From the NCBI GenBank assembly GCA_965637545.1, contig OZ281498.1, positions 4,092,001-4,156,000 on the forward strand: a stretch of DNA of 64,000 bases, written 5' to 3'. Below are positions 39,109 through 52,055 of this stretch, piece after piece (the stretch's first letter is position 1; every line of letters begins with the position of its first letter). This stretch comes from Phallusia mammillata (Eukaryota). A program made the position numbers and the translations under genes. Under the pieces are notes generated by a model. It saw nothing but the letters and a program-made list of their open reading frames with translations. It did not search any database and was not told the origin of the DNA.

Positions 39109-40038
39109 TCACTCTTTGCGAAGACCAGCAGTTGTTGGTGTGGTGTTCTCTTCCACTTTGGTGTCTACCTTGTTCCTTCCACGTAAGGGATTTAAACGCA
39201 AACGAAAGTCACGAAAAGTCAAAGTTAAGCACAACACGTGAAAAATCACAACACATTGATAAGTGAGAAGCACAAATACAGTGGAAGCCCACTGGCGAAG
39301 TGGTTTTGAAAAAATATACGCAGAAATAAGGAACATAAAGTCGGAAAGGAAAACGGTAGTTGTGCTCACACTGCTTCGGACTATAGTTTTACGTACTTGT
39401 TCATCACTGATTCGCAACGTCAAGGGAGCAATGGAAAGTCCAAGGACGCTAACTTGACTCAGTGTGAAGATAAACATGGAAATGCTCGCGGGAACCAACC
39501 TCGATTGGCCAGTGAATTCGCATCCCCGGATGGTCACAGCTGTTCCTCTAACCGTTGTTACAACGAGGAAAGCCACTTGGCTGACTAGCACTGCAGTCAA
39601 AGTTACATATCTGATTGCAGCGATGGTACGTTTAACAAAGTTGCTGTTGTAATTGATGGATTTGTTCAGGGTTCCTTGCCGAAGCCAAAGCACTGTAAAC
39701 ACTGTTATTTTAACAGCCGCAAGAAGCATACTTCGCAAGATGATGGATGCCACACACCAATACCAATTAACCTGAAAAGATAAACTGTCCATTGCCAAGA
39801 CAAAGGTGGCACAGAGAGACAAACAGGCTGCCGTTGATACAAGACGGTTGGTTAGTTTCAGAACATCCGTCCTTTCATTACCTCGTTGTTGATAAATCAA
39901 AGAACATGAACAAAGATATAGAGATGCGAGTAGCAGAGGTGAAATCATGATTCTCTCATAAAGACGAGAGCCAAACTCATCAGAAGTGGTGTTAACGTCT
40001 TGTGTGGTGAGGACATGTGTAGTAAAGGTGTCCTCCAT
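39109..40038 (-). CDS. Intronless orphan 7-TM (class A GPCR-like) receptor, 309 aa
   Basis: Seven hydrophobic segments; N-terminal NTT sequon; Cys at top of TM3 (WYWC) and in ECL2 (RGCEF); LWLRQ at the DRY-equivalent position; FRDFRLRLNP after TM7; a decayed paralog 2 kb away. Confidence 0.8.
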   Translation of the reverse strand: MEDTFTTHVLTTQDVNTTSDEFGSRLYERIMISPLLLASLYLCSCSLIYQQRGNERTDVLKLTNRLVSTAACLSLCATFVLAMDSLSFQVNWYWCVASIILRSMLLAAVKITVFTVLWLRQGTLNKSINYNSNFVKRTIAAIRYVTLTAVLVSQVAFLVVTTVRGTAVTIRGCEFTGQSRLVPASISMFIFTLSQVSVLGLSIAPLTLRISDEQVRKTIVRSSVSTTTVFLSDFMFLISAYIFSKPLRQWASTVFVLLTYQCVVIFHVLCLTLTFRDFRLRLNPLRGRNKVDTKVEENTTPTTAGLRKE

Positions 40039-41129
40039 TGTAAGACCGCTTTGAGCGTTTTAAAAGCAATAGCTGTTTTAATAGGCGATTATCTGCAATA
40101 AATAAACCGAGTTGATATGGTTAATGCTCAACTCATAATAACTTATATTCTGGCAACAAATTAGAACTTTTCTCGACAAGATAGTAAATTGGCCAGGGCA
40201 GACTTGTACAAACTTTCATAACCAGAAAAAGCCATTCAACGAAAACATCGTTATCTATGCACTAATGCGAATTCTGCGGTGTAATTATTTAATTCATCAT
40301 GATTACTATAACTAGTCCTTTTGAAACAATGGGTCACTAACGTTTTCCTATACTTTAGCTGGTCGTCAAATCACAAAATATATCAGCGCGTTTGGGTCAA
40401 ACATAGCTACTGCTCTCATAACGAAAACACCCTTTTTAGCATTCAAAATGATGAAATTCAAGTTGTGTCGCTAATGGTCGAATATGTTGTATATTGCATG
40501 ACCATATCGCGTTTCGTTTTCACATCTGTTTAGCCTTTTAACAATCAATGGTTGACACTGAATCACAATCTTACATTCATTTTCAAATTTATAGTTTTTG
40601 ATGTTTGTCAAAACATGACATCACACTTTTTATGAGGATTTCACTAAACTTAAAAAAACTACTCTTAACTTAAAATATCAATGTGTTACATTAGTACGTG
40701 TGTGAAGTATAATGAGTCTACACCATTGTTGACAATTCATTATCTTTTTCGACAATAGCATGGTGTATTTTTCAAGTTATATTGTCTAAAAATGTCATTA
40801 TAGTAACAAAAGTCGCAATTAATGCAAAGGGTGTGTGGCTAATACGTCTTATAATTTACATCTCAGTCAAACATTAACAATAATTTATACATTTTACAAG
40901 TATCCTGAGTATCTTTTGTATTACGATACGTGTACATACGAATACGACGAAAAAAATGATGCAAAACAACAATGCGCAAATAACAATTGTGAAATAGTAA
41001 AGTGACAATAAAAAAGAATTTCGGCTTGTTTTTTACATTGAAAATTTAGCTGTTGTCCGAAAGTTTAATTGATACGGGTCAGGGCATTCTTACTCGTCAA
41101 AGCACTTTCTGACAAGCAATCTCCATGTA

Positions 41130-42230
41130 TTTCTTTTACTGTAAACTGTACTGTAAATAGTACAGAATCATCATCGTTTTTTATGTTTTAGCTTTTTACA
41201 GTCTGAAACATCTTTCAGTGTGTGATTGTGAAACGCACAAATAATGTAAATCAGTGGTTCCCAACCTTTTTTGTTACATTCCTCCCTTTGCCCATTTTCG
41301 AACTATTAATTCCTCCCCATAAGATGAAAAACAAATATAACATACAAAATTATAGCAATTTGAAATATCAATTTATTTCACATTACTACTCAATGCGAAA
41401 TTTGCTCTCGTTTGCGCTCTGAAAGTAGTTGTATACGCGGCGCAGTTCGTTTTTATTACTCGTGTCTCTTAAATACTGCTAGTTGACTAAAACTTAGGCT
41501 ACAGCTAAAATCTACACAAGACAATGATATGCAACTAAGAATCTAGTTTCATTACACATACTGTTTACTAACCGTTAACTGTTCAGTTGTTAAGCTACTA
41601 AGCAACAGCCAGATTGTCAAAAACAAAAATGTTAAAACAATGGACCTCGTTACGACAATAATCGATTAATTGGCACCTGAAACGTAGCATGCGGCCGTAT
41701 ATACAAGTATACCTAAAATTAGGGATGTCCATTTCAGAATCCTTTACAAACAACCGGTTTCAAATGTGAACTGGATCCAAATTATAATGGATTTCCCTAA
41801 TGTATATGCAAAAATATTCTGTAACATTTCCAATGTATTTTCCTCCCTAGGGAGGAATTCCTCCCCGGTTGGGAACCACTGATGTAAATAATGTCGGCAA
41901 CAAAAACAGCTGCTGTGCTCACACTGATTCGTACAATTGTTTTGCGTACATGTTGAACATTGATTTTCAATGTCAAGGGGGCCAAATGTTACCCACCAAC
42001 ACCAATATCAATTAACCTGAAAAGGGAAAGTGCCCAAAGCAAGGACAATGTAGCCTGAGAGAGAGAACATAGATCCCGTTGATACAAGACGGTTGGTTAG
42101 TTTCAAAACATCCGTATTTTCATTACCACATTGTTGATGGACCAAAGAACATGAGGTAGAACAACAACAACAACAACAAGGCCCATTAGGTAAAATAAAT
42201 ACCATAAGCCCATGACATACTTAGTTTCAA
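41130..42230 (-). pseudogene. Decayed paralog of the 7-TM gene
   Basis: QQCGNENTDVLKLTNRLVST and APLTLKINVQHVRKTIVRISVSTAAVFVADIIYII match the intact gene; stop in QVN*YWC, TM3-TM5 deleted, MITE in TM6; upstream 42370-42450 matches 40490-40560. Confidence 0.85.
41252..41881. mobile_element. 630-bp hAT MITE inside the 7-TM pseudogene
   Basis: TIR CAGTGGTTCCCAACC at both ends; exact TSD ATGTAAAT. Confidence 0.9.
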
Positions 42231-43899
42231 AATGTATAAGCGCAGTGCGGACATACATAACAAATTCTATCATGACGCACACATTATCGCTTATGTTTGA
42301 AACAATGTTCGTGCAAACTCATTTACACCTTTCTATGGTGAATTTCGTGCTGTTCCTCTAATGATGAAATCTGTTGTATGTTGCATAACCATATCACGTT
42401 TCGTTTTCCCATCTGTTTCACTACGTTTTAATCGTTGGCTAACACAAAGCCTGGAACGATTTTTCTCCTTGATCTTTTTATATATTTTCGACATGACCGG
42501 ATGAGTTTTACACAGGTCGGTTTTCAGTCTTAACTCGCTTGACCTTATTCGAATAACCAGACAGATTGAAAGCCTCTCATGACAATTGTGATATACAGCC
42601 CATTTAATACCACTTTCGACAGACAGGTTCATTTGAGTCCACAAACAACGGTATTATGTATACTTTTGCTGCTTTTGAACTGGATTAAAAACAAGAGTCC
42701 CTTAAAGTTTACATAGTAACACACTGTGTACAGCAAGAACATACATTTTCGGCATGATTCTTTCACAACTCCTTAAGGACCGCTTCATTTTTTAAGTATT
42801 GTCGAGATAACTAATTGGGTTCGCCAACCATTACGATTCAACAACAAGACCTCATGTATCACAAAACTATTGAAATACATAGGTCAGTGGGAACAAGGTT
42901 TGTAGGTTCGCATTGGAATGTTTCGAAGGCAATTTATTAAATGACGACGAAAAAATATTAATATTATTGTGGGCGAAAAATTTGCTTTTTTTTGTTTGTT
43001 TTTTAAATTGTAGGTTGTGATGGAACAAAGCATTGCCCAGTAGAAGCTATTTTATATATTTTACATAAATTTACACGTGTACCATCTGACATCAAGTACG
43101 ATTATATATGGAACGCAAGCTCTTGTTGGCGGCCTCATCGAAATCGCTTCATGGACGCTAAACATATTGGTTAGGTTAGTTAGGCGTTAACGTATGAAGG
43201 TAGACGGCCTATAGGCCATAGCTATGAGCACCATTTCTTATCCGCAAGGTGCACAAATTGACACAATAGTGTCCCTTCTGTATTTTTGTTTTGTTTTGTG
43301 TTTTTTTTTGGAAGCGGTTTCAACAATACTATAAACTGCGGCGAAACACTTCATGAGTTTTTTAGATAGTCTTTTTATCCGCACACATGACAATTTTAGG
43401 AAACTAACCGCATGGTGAAGTACAGGTTAGAAAATATTTGTTAATTAGAGCTTACAGTGCTTGTCATTAATAGGTAAAATTATTTTAAGGCTTGTGTGCC
43501 GCATCAATTTTTTTAGATTTGTATCAAACGCCCTTGCAGAATAAATTTTCATTAGGGGCGATTCCTGTATTTTGAAAAGTATGAATAAGTCAACGTCTTT
43601 GAAAGCTTGTTCTTTTCATCTTGCCCCCGGATTCGCAATAAAGTGTAGTTATCGATTTTTATGTTAATGTTGGCTGATGAGTCTCAAAGTTACAACCGCG
43701 TCACTGCAAATTAAAAAGGGATACCACCGTCCCAAGCTCCTGAGCTTGTCAGGACAGAGTCCTGGAAACTCCACACAGGTGTCTTGCACTTCGGTTCGTT
43801 TGTTTATTACTTCTTGACAAAAGGAAACCGACACGCTGATATAAGCGAGCAGAGTCAAACAGAACGACCAGTAAGAAGAGAGAGAAGAGATTGAAATGA

Positions 43900-44310
43900 A
43901 CCAGTGCAGTTTTATATATACCCCGGATAAAGGCGTTAAATCATGCACATGTGCTCTTGCGATTGGCTCTTGCACAATTCCCACACAAAACAGCGTCCAA
44001 TCACAGCACGAGACAAAACATACGGCAAAAGCTCGCAAACACCAGATCACCAAGTCAAATCTGCATCCTAATTAACTGCCACAGGAAATATTACAAAGTC
44101 CGAACATGATCTGTCAATACAGTTGGATTTGGTACTACACGTTATAACTTCCTTGCAAGCTTTGAGCTAGCGAGTCAAATTTTGGTAAACAATTATTGCA
44201 AAGTTTGCACAAATTATGTCGCAATCGCTACAAAAGTAAAATCGTTTGCAGACAATATTTGCAGTGGATCACGAATTAAAATGCAATAGTTTTGCGCTAT
44301 GAGCCTCACT
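43900..44310 (-). pseudogene. Relic block: exon-2-like remnant plus CCAAT module (copy 2)
   Basis: LLVRLIAQNYCILI ~ AIIRMFGAKYAAII; colinear nucleotide similarity with 20555-20935. Confidence 0.5.
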
Positions 44311-45329
44311 AAGAGACTCTCCATAAACTGTGAATTCCGCTCGAGTGCGAAATTGCCGCAGCCAGATGCAGCCCACGGTATTGGAATGGATGCTAGGTTG
44401 TCAGAGAAGCGGGTCATTTCTTCTCTCGGCAATATTGTGCTGGTAAAGTTTGCATCGATCGTGGCGTTGTAGTAAATAAAATCCGAAAAAGATTGACGTC
44501 GACGTTGACGCAGGTTTGCCTGTGTAATAGAGTGTAATAAATATTGTGTCGTTGTGGTAAGTGATCCCCGGGCGGCACCGCACTTGCGTGTGGGGGCGAA
44601 GCGTTACGAAATCGCGATTCAACATGGGATGAGAACCGTCAAAACCACAGATTGTGCCCTTTCGATGGATAGCAATGGCCGTGCTATTTTGTTTTAGTCG
44701 TACCAGGCTCCATTGCTTGTTGACATTCGCAGGAAACAAAATCGTGTGAAAACATGAGATTGGAACACAAAGTTGTCGGGTGGCAATCAGCCACTGTACA
44801 GTAGTGTCACATGTTGTGACAAAATAGGAATTTAGCAAATATCTGGTAGAAGACTGTCCGCAGTAATTTTTAATGGGTAATTCAGTACTTGTTTAAAGCA
44901 GACAATGGTCAGCCACACAGAAAAAAAAAATCAGTATATAATAAGTTGTTTTATTTTTTTTTGGCCTTGTGATCGCGATGATTAGCTCGCGTACCATGGC
45001 TATCAGTTCATCTAATTTGTCATCAGTTTTATTGGTAGGTTGTGGTTTAACAGAGTAAGGGCGGTGAAATCTGTCTGCAAATGCTTCTAGGTCGACACCT
45101 TGCTTGTAGGATAGGGCTTGGTAGCGAGCGGTCAAGGGCGTAATGATTGGTCAGGATGAACTTGGCGCATATTGGGCGGGAGGGGTGTATATTCTAAGGC
45201 GTACGGGAAGCTAGTTATTTAGCCTTCTGTACGCGGGTGTGGTTTCTTTGTGGAAAAGGCTATACAACATGGCGGTATTGGCATGTTGTCGCTACAGAAT
45301 CAAGGACTGTTGTATCGTGTTGATGTTTC

Positions 45330-45470
45330 TGTTAAGACATGTCGTTATTTTTTACATACTTTCACGACTCATACTGTTTTGTTTTGAGCGGAAAACCTCT
45401 GCTCATTGTTCTGCTATCTTTGTACAATGGAACGTCATACGCATTTCTTTTTGGTGGACTGTTTTGTATT
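45330..45470 (+). pseudogene. Orphan G4/G5-type exon-5 relic
   Basis: DSYCFVLSGKPLLIVLLSLYNGTSYAFLFGGL ~ DSYRLAVSGKHLLIVLLPIYNGTSNGLLFGEL. Confidence 0.75.
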
Positions 45471-46174
45471 TTCAAGCGTCTTTGTTCCTATCCTGGTAAA
45501 CGAGGATGGACAATCCAACGACCCGCGAGCAATTTTTTAGCTTCCCGAATGCAATTAATGCGTCCAATCCCATTTACGTACCAATGGATTTTCAAAATAA
45601 ACATGGTGCATGGCGCCGCCACCTTGGGTTTCTAAAGCACGGTGGCGACCACCGTGGATATTTCGGTTTGTTTGTAGCGGTATCGTACGAAACTTCGTAA
45701 AATCTATACAACGTGGTGACATGGGGAACAGGGAGGAGCAAATAAACGGTTCCTTTTTTATGATCCAATATTGTGCTTTCTGGACGTTTCAAAATGAAAA
45801 TCCTTTGTTTTAGATATATTCAAACTATCTTTGATGTTTTGTTCTAACCCCCTTTGTTGTTTTGTTCTATTGTGTCTTATTTTTTGCATTGTTTCTTCGT
45901 TCGCTGTGGTCGGTAAGGTTGTTTTATCACTGCAGGAAATAGTCACGAAGAGTTTACGTCGTGGTACCTAGTCATTTTTACGCAAGCTTTAAAACTACAG
46001 CAATATCTCTTTAACAAGTCTTAATAGGACCTCGTGCTGGTAAAAAGGACGCGGTTGGTTGCGTTAAGCATGTGATTGTAGAGCGTGCTTCGTCGGAATA
46101 TGGTATAGTCGCATTTTGTTATAGTTGTTATGGTATAGCATGGCTTGCTTAGTAAGTCAGTAAATAACCCCCTA

Positions 46175-46342
46175 TTTTTTTTTCAATCTTTTTACAAAGG
46201 ATTAAATAAAAGTATTTGTTTTTTTAAATCCCTAAACAAAAGATTAAATAAAAGTATTTTTTTTTCAATCTCTTTACAAAAGATTAAATAAAAGTATTAT
46301 TTTTTTTCAATCTCTTTACAAAAGATTAAATAAAAGTATTTA
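46175..46342. repeat. ~41-bp minisatellite (4 units)
   Basis: (t)n caatctctttacaaaagattaaataaaagtatt repeated. Confidence 0.85.
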
Positions 46343-46425
46343 ACGGAGCGACCGCCAGTCACACTTTTTAGCTTACCAGGGAACAGAAAAGGACGTGTCA
46401 CCTGTTTTATCCGTTTGTCGTTCAA

Positions 46426-49400
46426 ATGCCCGGTGGAAAATACTTCGTACTGTTTTTGTTAGGCGTCTTCTTTTGCTTTGCTGCAGACACTGCAATCACT
46501 GATGTATCGTCAAGTTTCAATATTGATGAAGGTGTCGGTAAGTGAAAAATATTGTGATTTTTGTACATTTTTATCTTCAATTTACCTTTGTTACTCATTT
46601 ACTTTGGCTAGAAACTTGTTTGAAATAAGTTTTGAGAAATCGCAAATTTTGAGGACAGGTTGCAATTTTCCTTGTAAAAATATCAAACCAGGAATTTTTT
46701 GGAGATTATATTTACATATATACAAGTAATGTAAAATAGGCTACCATGAAAAATAGCGGAACGTTACAACACAATCAGCTTTCCAATATACCTAGCTAAG
46801 TTTTTGTGAATTTTGGCTTAACAAAATCTTTATTTATATTTTAAATTAAATTGTGAAAATTTTAGGACATGAGGGCGAGGTAGAAAAAATGCATTTGACG
46901 TTGTTGGCTCTGAGACAAAGCAAGGTTGTGCAAAAAAGGGAAAAACAGGATTTTAACCATGCATGTAGAAAGCTGTAAAGCTTTGTTTTATTTTGCAACA
47001 TTGATCAACATGTTATGAGACATTTATAACCTGTTTGGTAATATCATCTAGCAACAACGACTTTGACAGTGTATTGTATATTGCCCCACCTTGTAATAAC
47101 CTTGCCGCAATCCCATATATAAGCAAATAAGCAACATTTAATGCCATTTGATGTGTCGCGTGTCTGCGGGGCTTGTTGTGTCGCTTTTTTGCAAAACATG
47201 CTTTTCCAAATCCAATGGTTTGTTTCGCTTACAAGGTACGACATCGCTTGCAGTATGTTATGGGATGGCTGTCGTAGTTTCTCTGGTTACTCCAATTCTT
47301 GGAAACCAAGTAGGCTGCAAACGACTTCTCATGATTGGTGCCTTTGGATTTTTAATATACATTCTCGCTAACTTGTACTCACGTAAGTGAATTGTGCATA
47401 ACGTTTAAATACGTTTGTTTATTGCAGAAATTTGTTTGCAGGATTTGCAACTCTTGTTCCGGCTGGGCTTTTCTTGGGCCTTGGCGAAGCGTGGGTGTGG
47501 ACAGCCCTGCCTATTGTCACAGCGTACTTCGCCAAGCAGCAGCAGAACCAAAAAGAGAGTTTTGATTTTCATCTGCGAAGATTCACCGCCTTCTACCTAA
47601 CCGCCATTGAAATCAGCACGGTAAATATGAACATTTTATTATTTAGCAAACTTAAAAATATACAGGAAGAAAATGACTGAAATGTGTGTAAGTGTATCCG
47701 TACACTGTCCAACAGGGGTCGGCAACCTTTTTTGCACTGCGGACCGTTTTTGAAACTAAAATTTGATAACGGACCGGTCTTCAAAAAACTACAAATATTT
47801 AGCAATAAAAAACGCAAAAATTAGTTTATCATCCCCGGGATACATAAGCAAAGTGTTTTGTAGCATTTTACCTGAAAAATTATACAGCCCGGTAACAAAC
47901 TCCACGCGGACCGGTACAGGGCCGCGGACAGGCGGTTGCCGATCACTGCTGTACAGCATCTTGATGTACAAGTCATACTAGTGCTCCCGAGTCTAGTTTC
48001 TTATTTGACTTGTCCAACTAATACACCATGCCTTATATTTACACCTGCTTATCTAGTTTGCAGGAAGCGCCTTGAGTTTTGCTGTGCTGCACATTGACCG
48101 ATCGCTCTCAAACCAATCTTCATCAAACAATGCATCGGAATCTCGCGACCTAACGGTTTGCGGGGCTAACGACTGTCAATTAGCCAACATTACGAGGGCA
48201 AACAATCAGCGATACCACCCAGTGCACCCACTAGCGAAGCATATTTTTGTCGCAATAGTTGCTGGAATGAACGTTATCGCTTTATTTATTTTCTACTTTT
48301 ATGTTCCGGATGATATTGACTGGGATTTGGAGGAAAACGAAGAAAATTATAACAATACAACACAGGTTTCTTCGGCGGAGACAAAACAATCTAGTTCGGA
48401 TATTCCCGCAAAATCGCTTGTAAACAGCAAAGCGGTAGCAGAAAGACAAGAAAGAGAATGTGGCAATAACCAAGTTAGTTTCTTTTACATAGACCAACAC
48501 ACTTCGCTTTATAAACACATTTTATACCCAGTACTGACACCATTGGCTACTCATGGAAAGAAACTGCAGAATTGCAGCAACCTTGATTTTTAATTTAGAT
48601 GACCGAATTATTTGCAATTGTAAAGTGTACGATTTATATTTTAAGTCAGTCCAATCACTAATTACAGGGCATCTGCATGCGATTTCGACCGTGCCGAAAG
48701 ATGTAGCACCATCGCTTCAAAAGTATTAAAAAAGGGATCATTGTCCTTCCGAAAAAAAAACGAAAAGAAAAAATCATATTGTTTTAGGAATGTACTGAGT
48801 TTGTAAATAAACTATCGTCTGTCTCAACATACTTTTTTTATTTGCATAATATCAAAACCAACATAAAAAGGCCTTCAAGGCTTTTATTTTCTTAGGTCAA
48901 GGGCGCTTAGTTTTCTTCACTTTTTATCACTGAAATACCTTTACAGACTTCCATATGTTCATTGTTGGTACAATCCGTTGTGGATTCGTTTAAACTTGCT
49001 GTGAGTGGAAAACATCTCCTCGTTGTTCTGCTACCCTTGTACAATGGAACATCAAACGGATTTCTTTTTGGTGAACTCACGCGCGCTTTTGCGTCCTGCA
49101 TTCTAGGTGTTGATTATGTGAGTACAAAAAAACGAGAGACCAAAAATGTTTTAAAAAAACTATGCAAAGTGAATATTTTTTAACAATCTGATCTTTCCAA
49201 GGGCTTGTGGTTTGCGTGTAAAAGTTTGAATTAATTGAAAAACAACTTTCCTAAAGAATTATTAATAGGTAATGATCGTTTTTTCACCAAGTCACAATAA
49301 CTTATATTGTATATTTATCCCGATGTGCAAGACTTAAATATCCTTAAAAATGGTAAAAGCACAAAATTCCGTGGTGAATGCTTTCATGTTTTGTCTCTGT

Positions 49401-50419
49401 TCAGGTTGGCTTATGCATGATGATTTACGCTGTGACTGCTGGCGTTGCTTGTGTGTTGTGCGGCAAATTTGCAGCCAGATACGGAAGAAACTTACCATTT
49501 TTACTCGCTACTGCTATAGAAGCCGTTACCTACGTGTTTTGCCTTAACTGGGACATCACCACAGACAATGTTTGGCTTGTATACATAGTTTTTGCTACTT
49601 TTGGCGTTGCATTTGCCGTTTGGAACACGCTTATTGTTGGTTAGTATGTTAGTATGATACTTTGTGTATACATTAGCAAGCCGAGGATAACGACGGGGTT
49701 GATCCCTGCAACAGGGTCGTTCGATACCCGTTTCGCAACCCGATACTTTTTGCACAAAAATATTGCGATATAATTCAATACGCCATTTTTTATTGCTACT
49801 TTTGACAAAAATACATTTGAAAATTTTCTGTAGTACCAGATTCCATTTATACTTAGTTACGTTGTGATCGTAAAAAAATGTTCCTGATAGTCCGCATGTG
49901 TGGCCTGCTGAAGTATAACGAATTATTTGTACGAGATGCTCACAAGCATTGCACTCACTCCAATATCTATCCCAAGTAACTGAAAAACTAAAGGTGTACG
50001 GAGCATGTTTAACCGACGGCAAAATTGTTGTATTGTATTATCACGATTACATTTTGCAGCACTGTATGGGGAATACTTTGAAGACGAAGATAAGCTAGCC
50101 TACAATTTGTGGAATGTCTTAACTAGTATCGGTCTTATGTGGCAGTTCGCTGTTAGCACCTTCTTCTGTGTGTACGTTAAAATCTACATCCAACTCGGAT
50201 TGCTGGGTGCTGCGATGATAACTTACTGTAGGTATTCATTTGGTTAAGATGCACATTTCAAAACGCATTTTTATGCCCTATTTTATATTTGCAGTAATTT
50301 CTCTAGTGATTTTTTATCCTGAACAATGTCGGTTGATTCAAACCGAGAAGAAAAAGAATAAATGTGGCGAATTCTCGGAGAAAAACATGCTCCTGGCGAA
50401 TAGGTCATCTGGCGAATGA
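46426..50419 (+). CDS. UNC93A: UNC93-like MFS protein G5 (~517 aa, 8 exons)
   Basis: Exons 46426-46537, 47236-47382, 47442-47620, 48057-48473, 48947-49117, 49405-49639, 50060-50227, 50295-50419; GT-AG, phases consistent. Confidence 0.9.
47713..47948. mobile_element. hAT MITE in G5 intron 3
   Basis: TIRs CAGGGGTCGGCAACC / GGTTGCCGATCACTG; partial TSD ctgtccaa/ctgtacag; sister copy at 29050. Confidence 0.8.
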
Positions 50420-50849
50420 TGCATCATATCTTTCATGTTACACTTACCATCATCGCTATTTTCTATATCTGCGTTCATTTTATTATGATTCATGACCGTT
50501 GTTTATAACCACCTCCGAATTTGAACCTATGTTAAAACCCATTTTCAGTTTTATAACAAAAACTTGACAATCGGTATCACAGGATATCTTTATGTTTGAA
50601 CGTTAGAAACCAATTTAATTTTTGTTTATCATTTTATCAGTACATTAGGTTGATGAATAAGGTTGCTGTTCATTTATTGCTGTTATAAAGGCCATGTCAA
50701 TACAAACAGTTTTTTTGTGAAAGCATGGCAGCTTTTTGCAAATAGGATTTGAGGATTCTTTTTTGGAAAGCGATTTGTAACTCATGTTGAAGACTTAATA
50801 ACTTATTTTATATCCGTGGTGCCACTGCACTAACTCGAAGGGGACTCTT

Positions 50850-51290
50850 TTGTATGACTTGGCGCAAAATTACGCTTTAGTTTGATTTGTACTTTTTCAG
50901 TTCGTTTCACTTGTTTTAATGTCGGACTATCTCCTTTCTGTGTATTAAAGAAAGTTTTTCGTAAAATATCTGGAAAGCAGCTTGGGCAAAATAAAACCAA
51001 CCAGACTTTTGTAGGTTCGTCTGTGCTGCTGCATACTGTGCCACGATTCAAAGTCCGTTCCTGCTTGTTTTGGTTCGCAATGAACTGCAGTATTTAACAT
51101 TTAATCAAAATCTACAGAGAGCTAATGAAAAACCATGGGTGTATTTTAGTAACTATTTCCTAAATTCATTTTTTGCCAATTTAATTGACTATCATGCATG
51201 CTTTGTGTGGGAATTGTGCAAGAGCCAATCGCAGGAGCACATGTTTACGATTTAACGCCTTTATCCGGGGTATATACTGTACTGGTTCAG
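50850..51290 (+). promoter_or_regulatory. Relic block copy 3 with CCAAT / E-box / TATA-like arrangement
   Basis: gtgggaattgtgcaagagccaatcgcaggagcacatg..cctttatccggggtatata, nearly identical to the reverse complement of 43915-43985; LAQNYAL remnant upstream. Promoter role is inference. Confidence 0.4.
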
Positions 51291-51946
51291 TTTAGTCTTG
51301 TTGAATGTGAGTTACTTTGTCGTGACTAACTAACATTTTGCTTGCTGTCCAAAACGGAAAGTAAAAATGTTAGATACTAATGAATCACGTCTATTTTGTA
51401 CTGAGTGCAACATCACAACTTTCATTCAAACATACAAATTTATTTTAGCTTCAACACAATGTGGTTTTAACGCCAATACAAAATAACATTAAATTTGCGT
51501 TAACGAAATTTCGTGCCTACCACAGTAAGTTTTAGTGCAGGGTCACCAAACTCTTTTTCACGGCGGGCCAGATAAGTTAAACCACGACGCGTAGTTTGCA
51601 TGCCCCTATAACGCTTTTGATGACCCTAGATCTCGTCGGTCAAATCTTAAATTTGTCTCTATTTGCCTTTTCCTCGCTACCTTCACACATTTTTTTGGGG
51701 TAGCATAAAAACCGTGGTATTCCTGAAAAATACACGTTGCTTACTCAGATAAATCTGACCTATTGCTTTCCTTTTCTTTACGACAACATGCATTGTAAAA
51801 AAGCCACACAACAAAACCACGCAGACACGGGACACTTCGAAAGCTAGATGAGGCTTAACACATGTATATTTGGGATTGCGACAAGATCGTCACAAGGTGG
51901 GGCAAAATATTTAACACATTAAAAAATAATGCATTACATTGTCGAA

Positions 51947-52055
51947 GGGCAGGAACTTGGCCGAAAGGCCTGGCGCGCCTGACCCAAATACAGACATAAA
52001 AAAACCTGATCGGGATTCGTCCCGGGAGGTTCCTGGGTTCAAACCCCGTAAAAAA
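51947..52055 (+). mobile_element. Short tRNA-derived SINE, copy 2
   Basis: A box TGGCCGAA, B box GGTTCAAACC, A tail; exact 14-bp TSD ATTACATTGTCGAA (51933-51946, 52056-52069). Confidence 0.9.

Noticed and set aside
49501-50022. 173-aa minus-strand ORF and other antisense or alternative-start ORFs over UNC93 exons
   Set aside because: Shadow frames of exons and introns with no recognisable domain; many use TTG/GTG starts that do not apply here.
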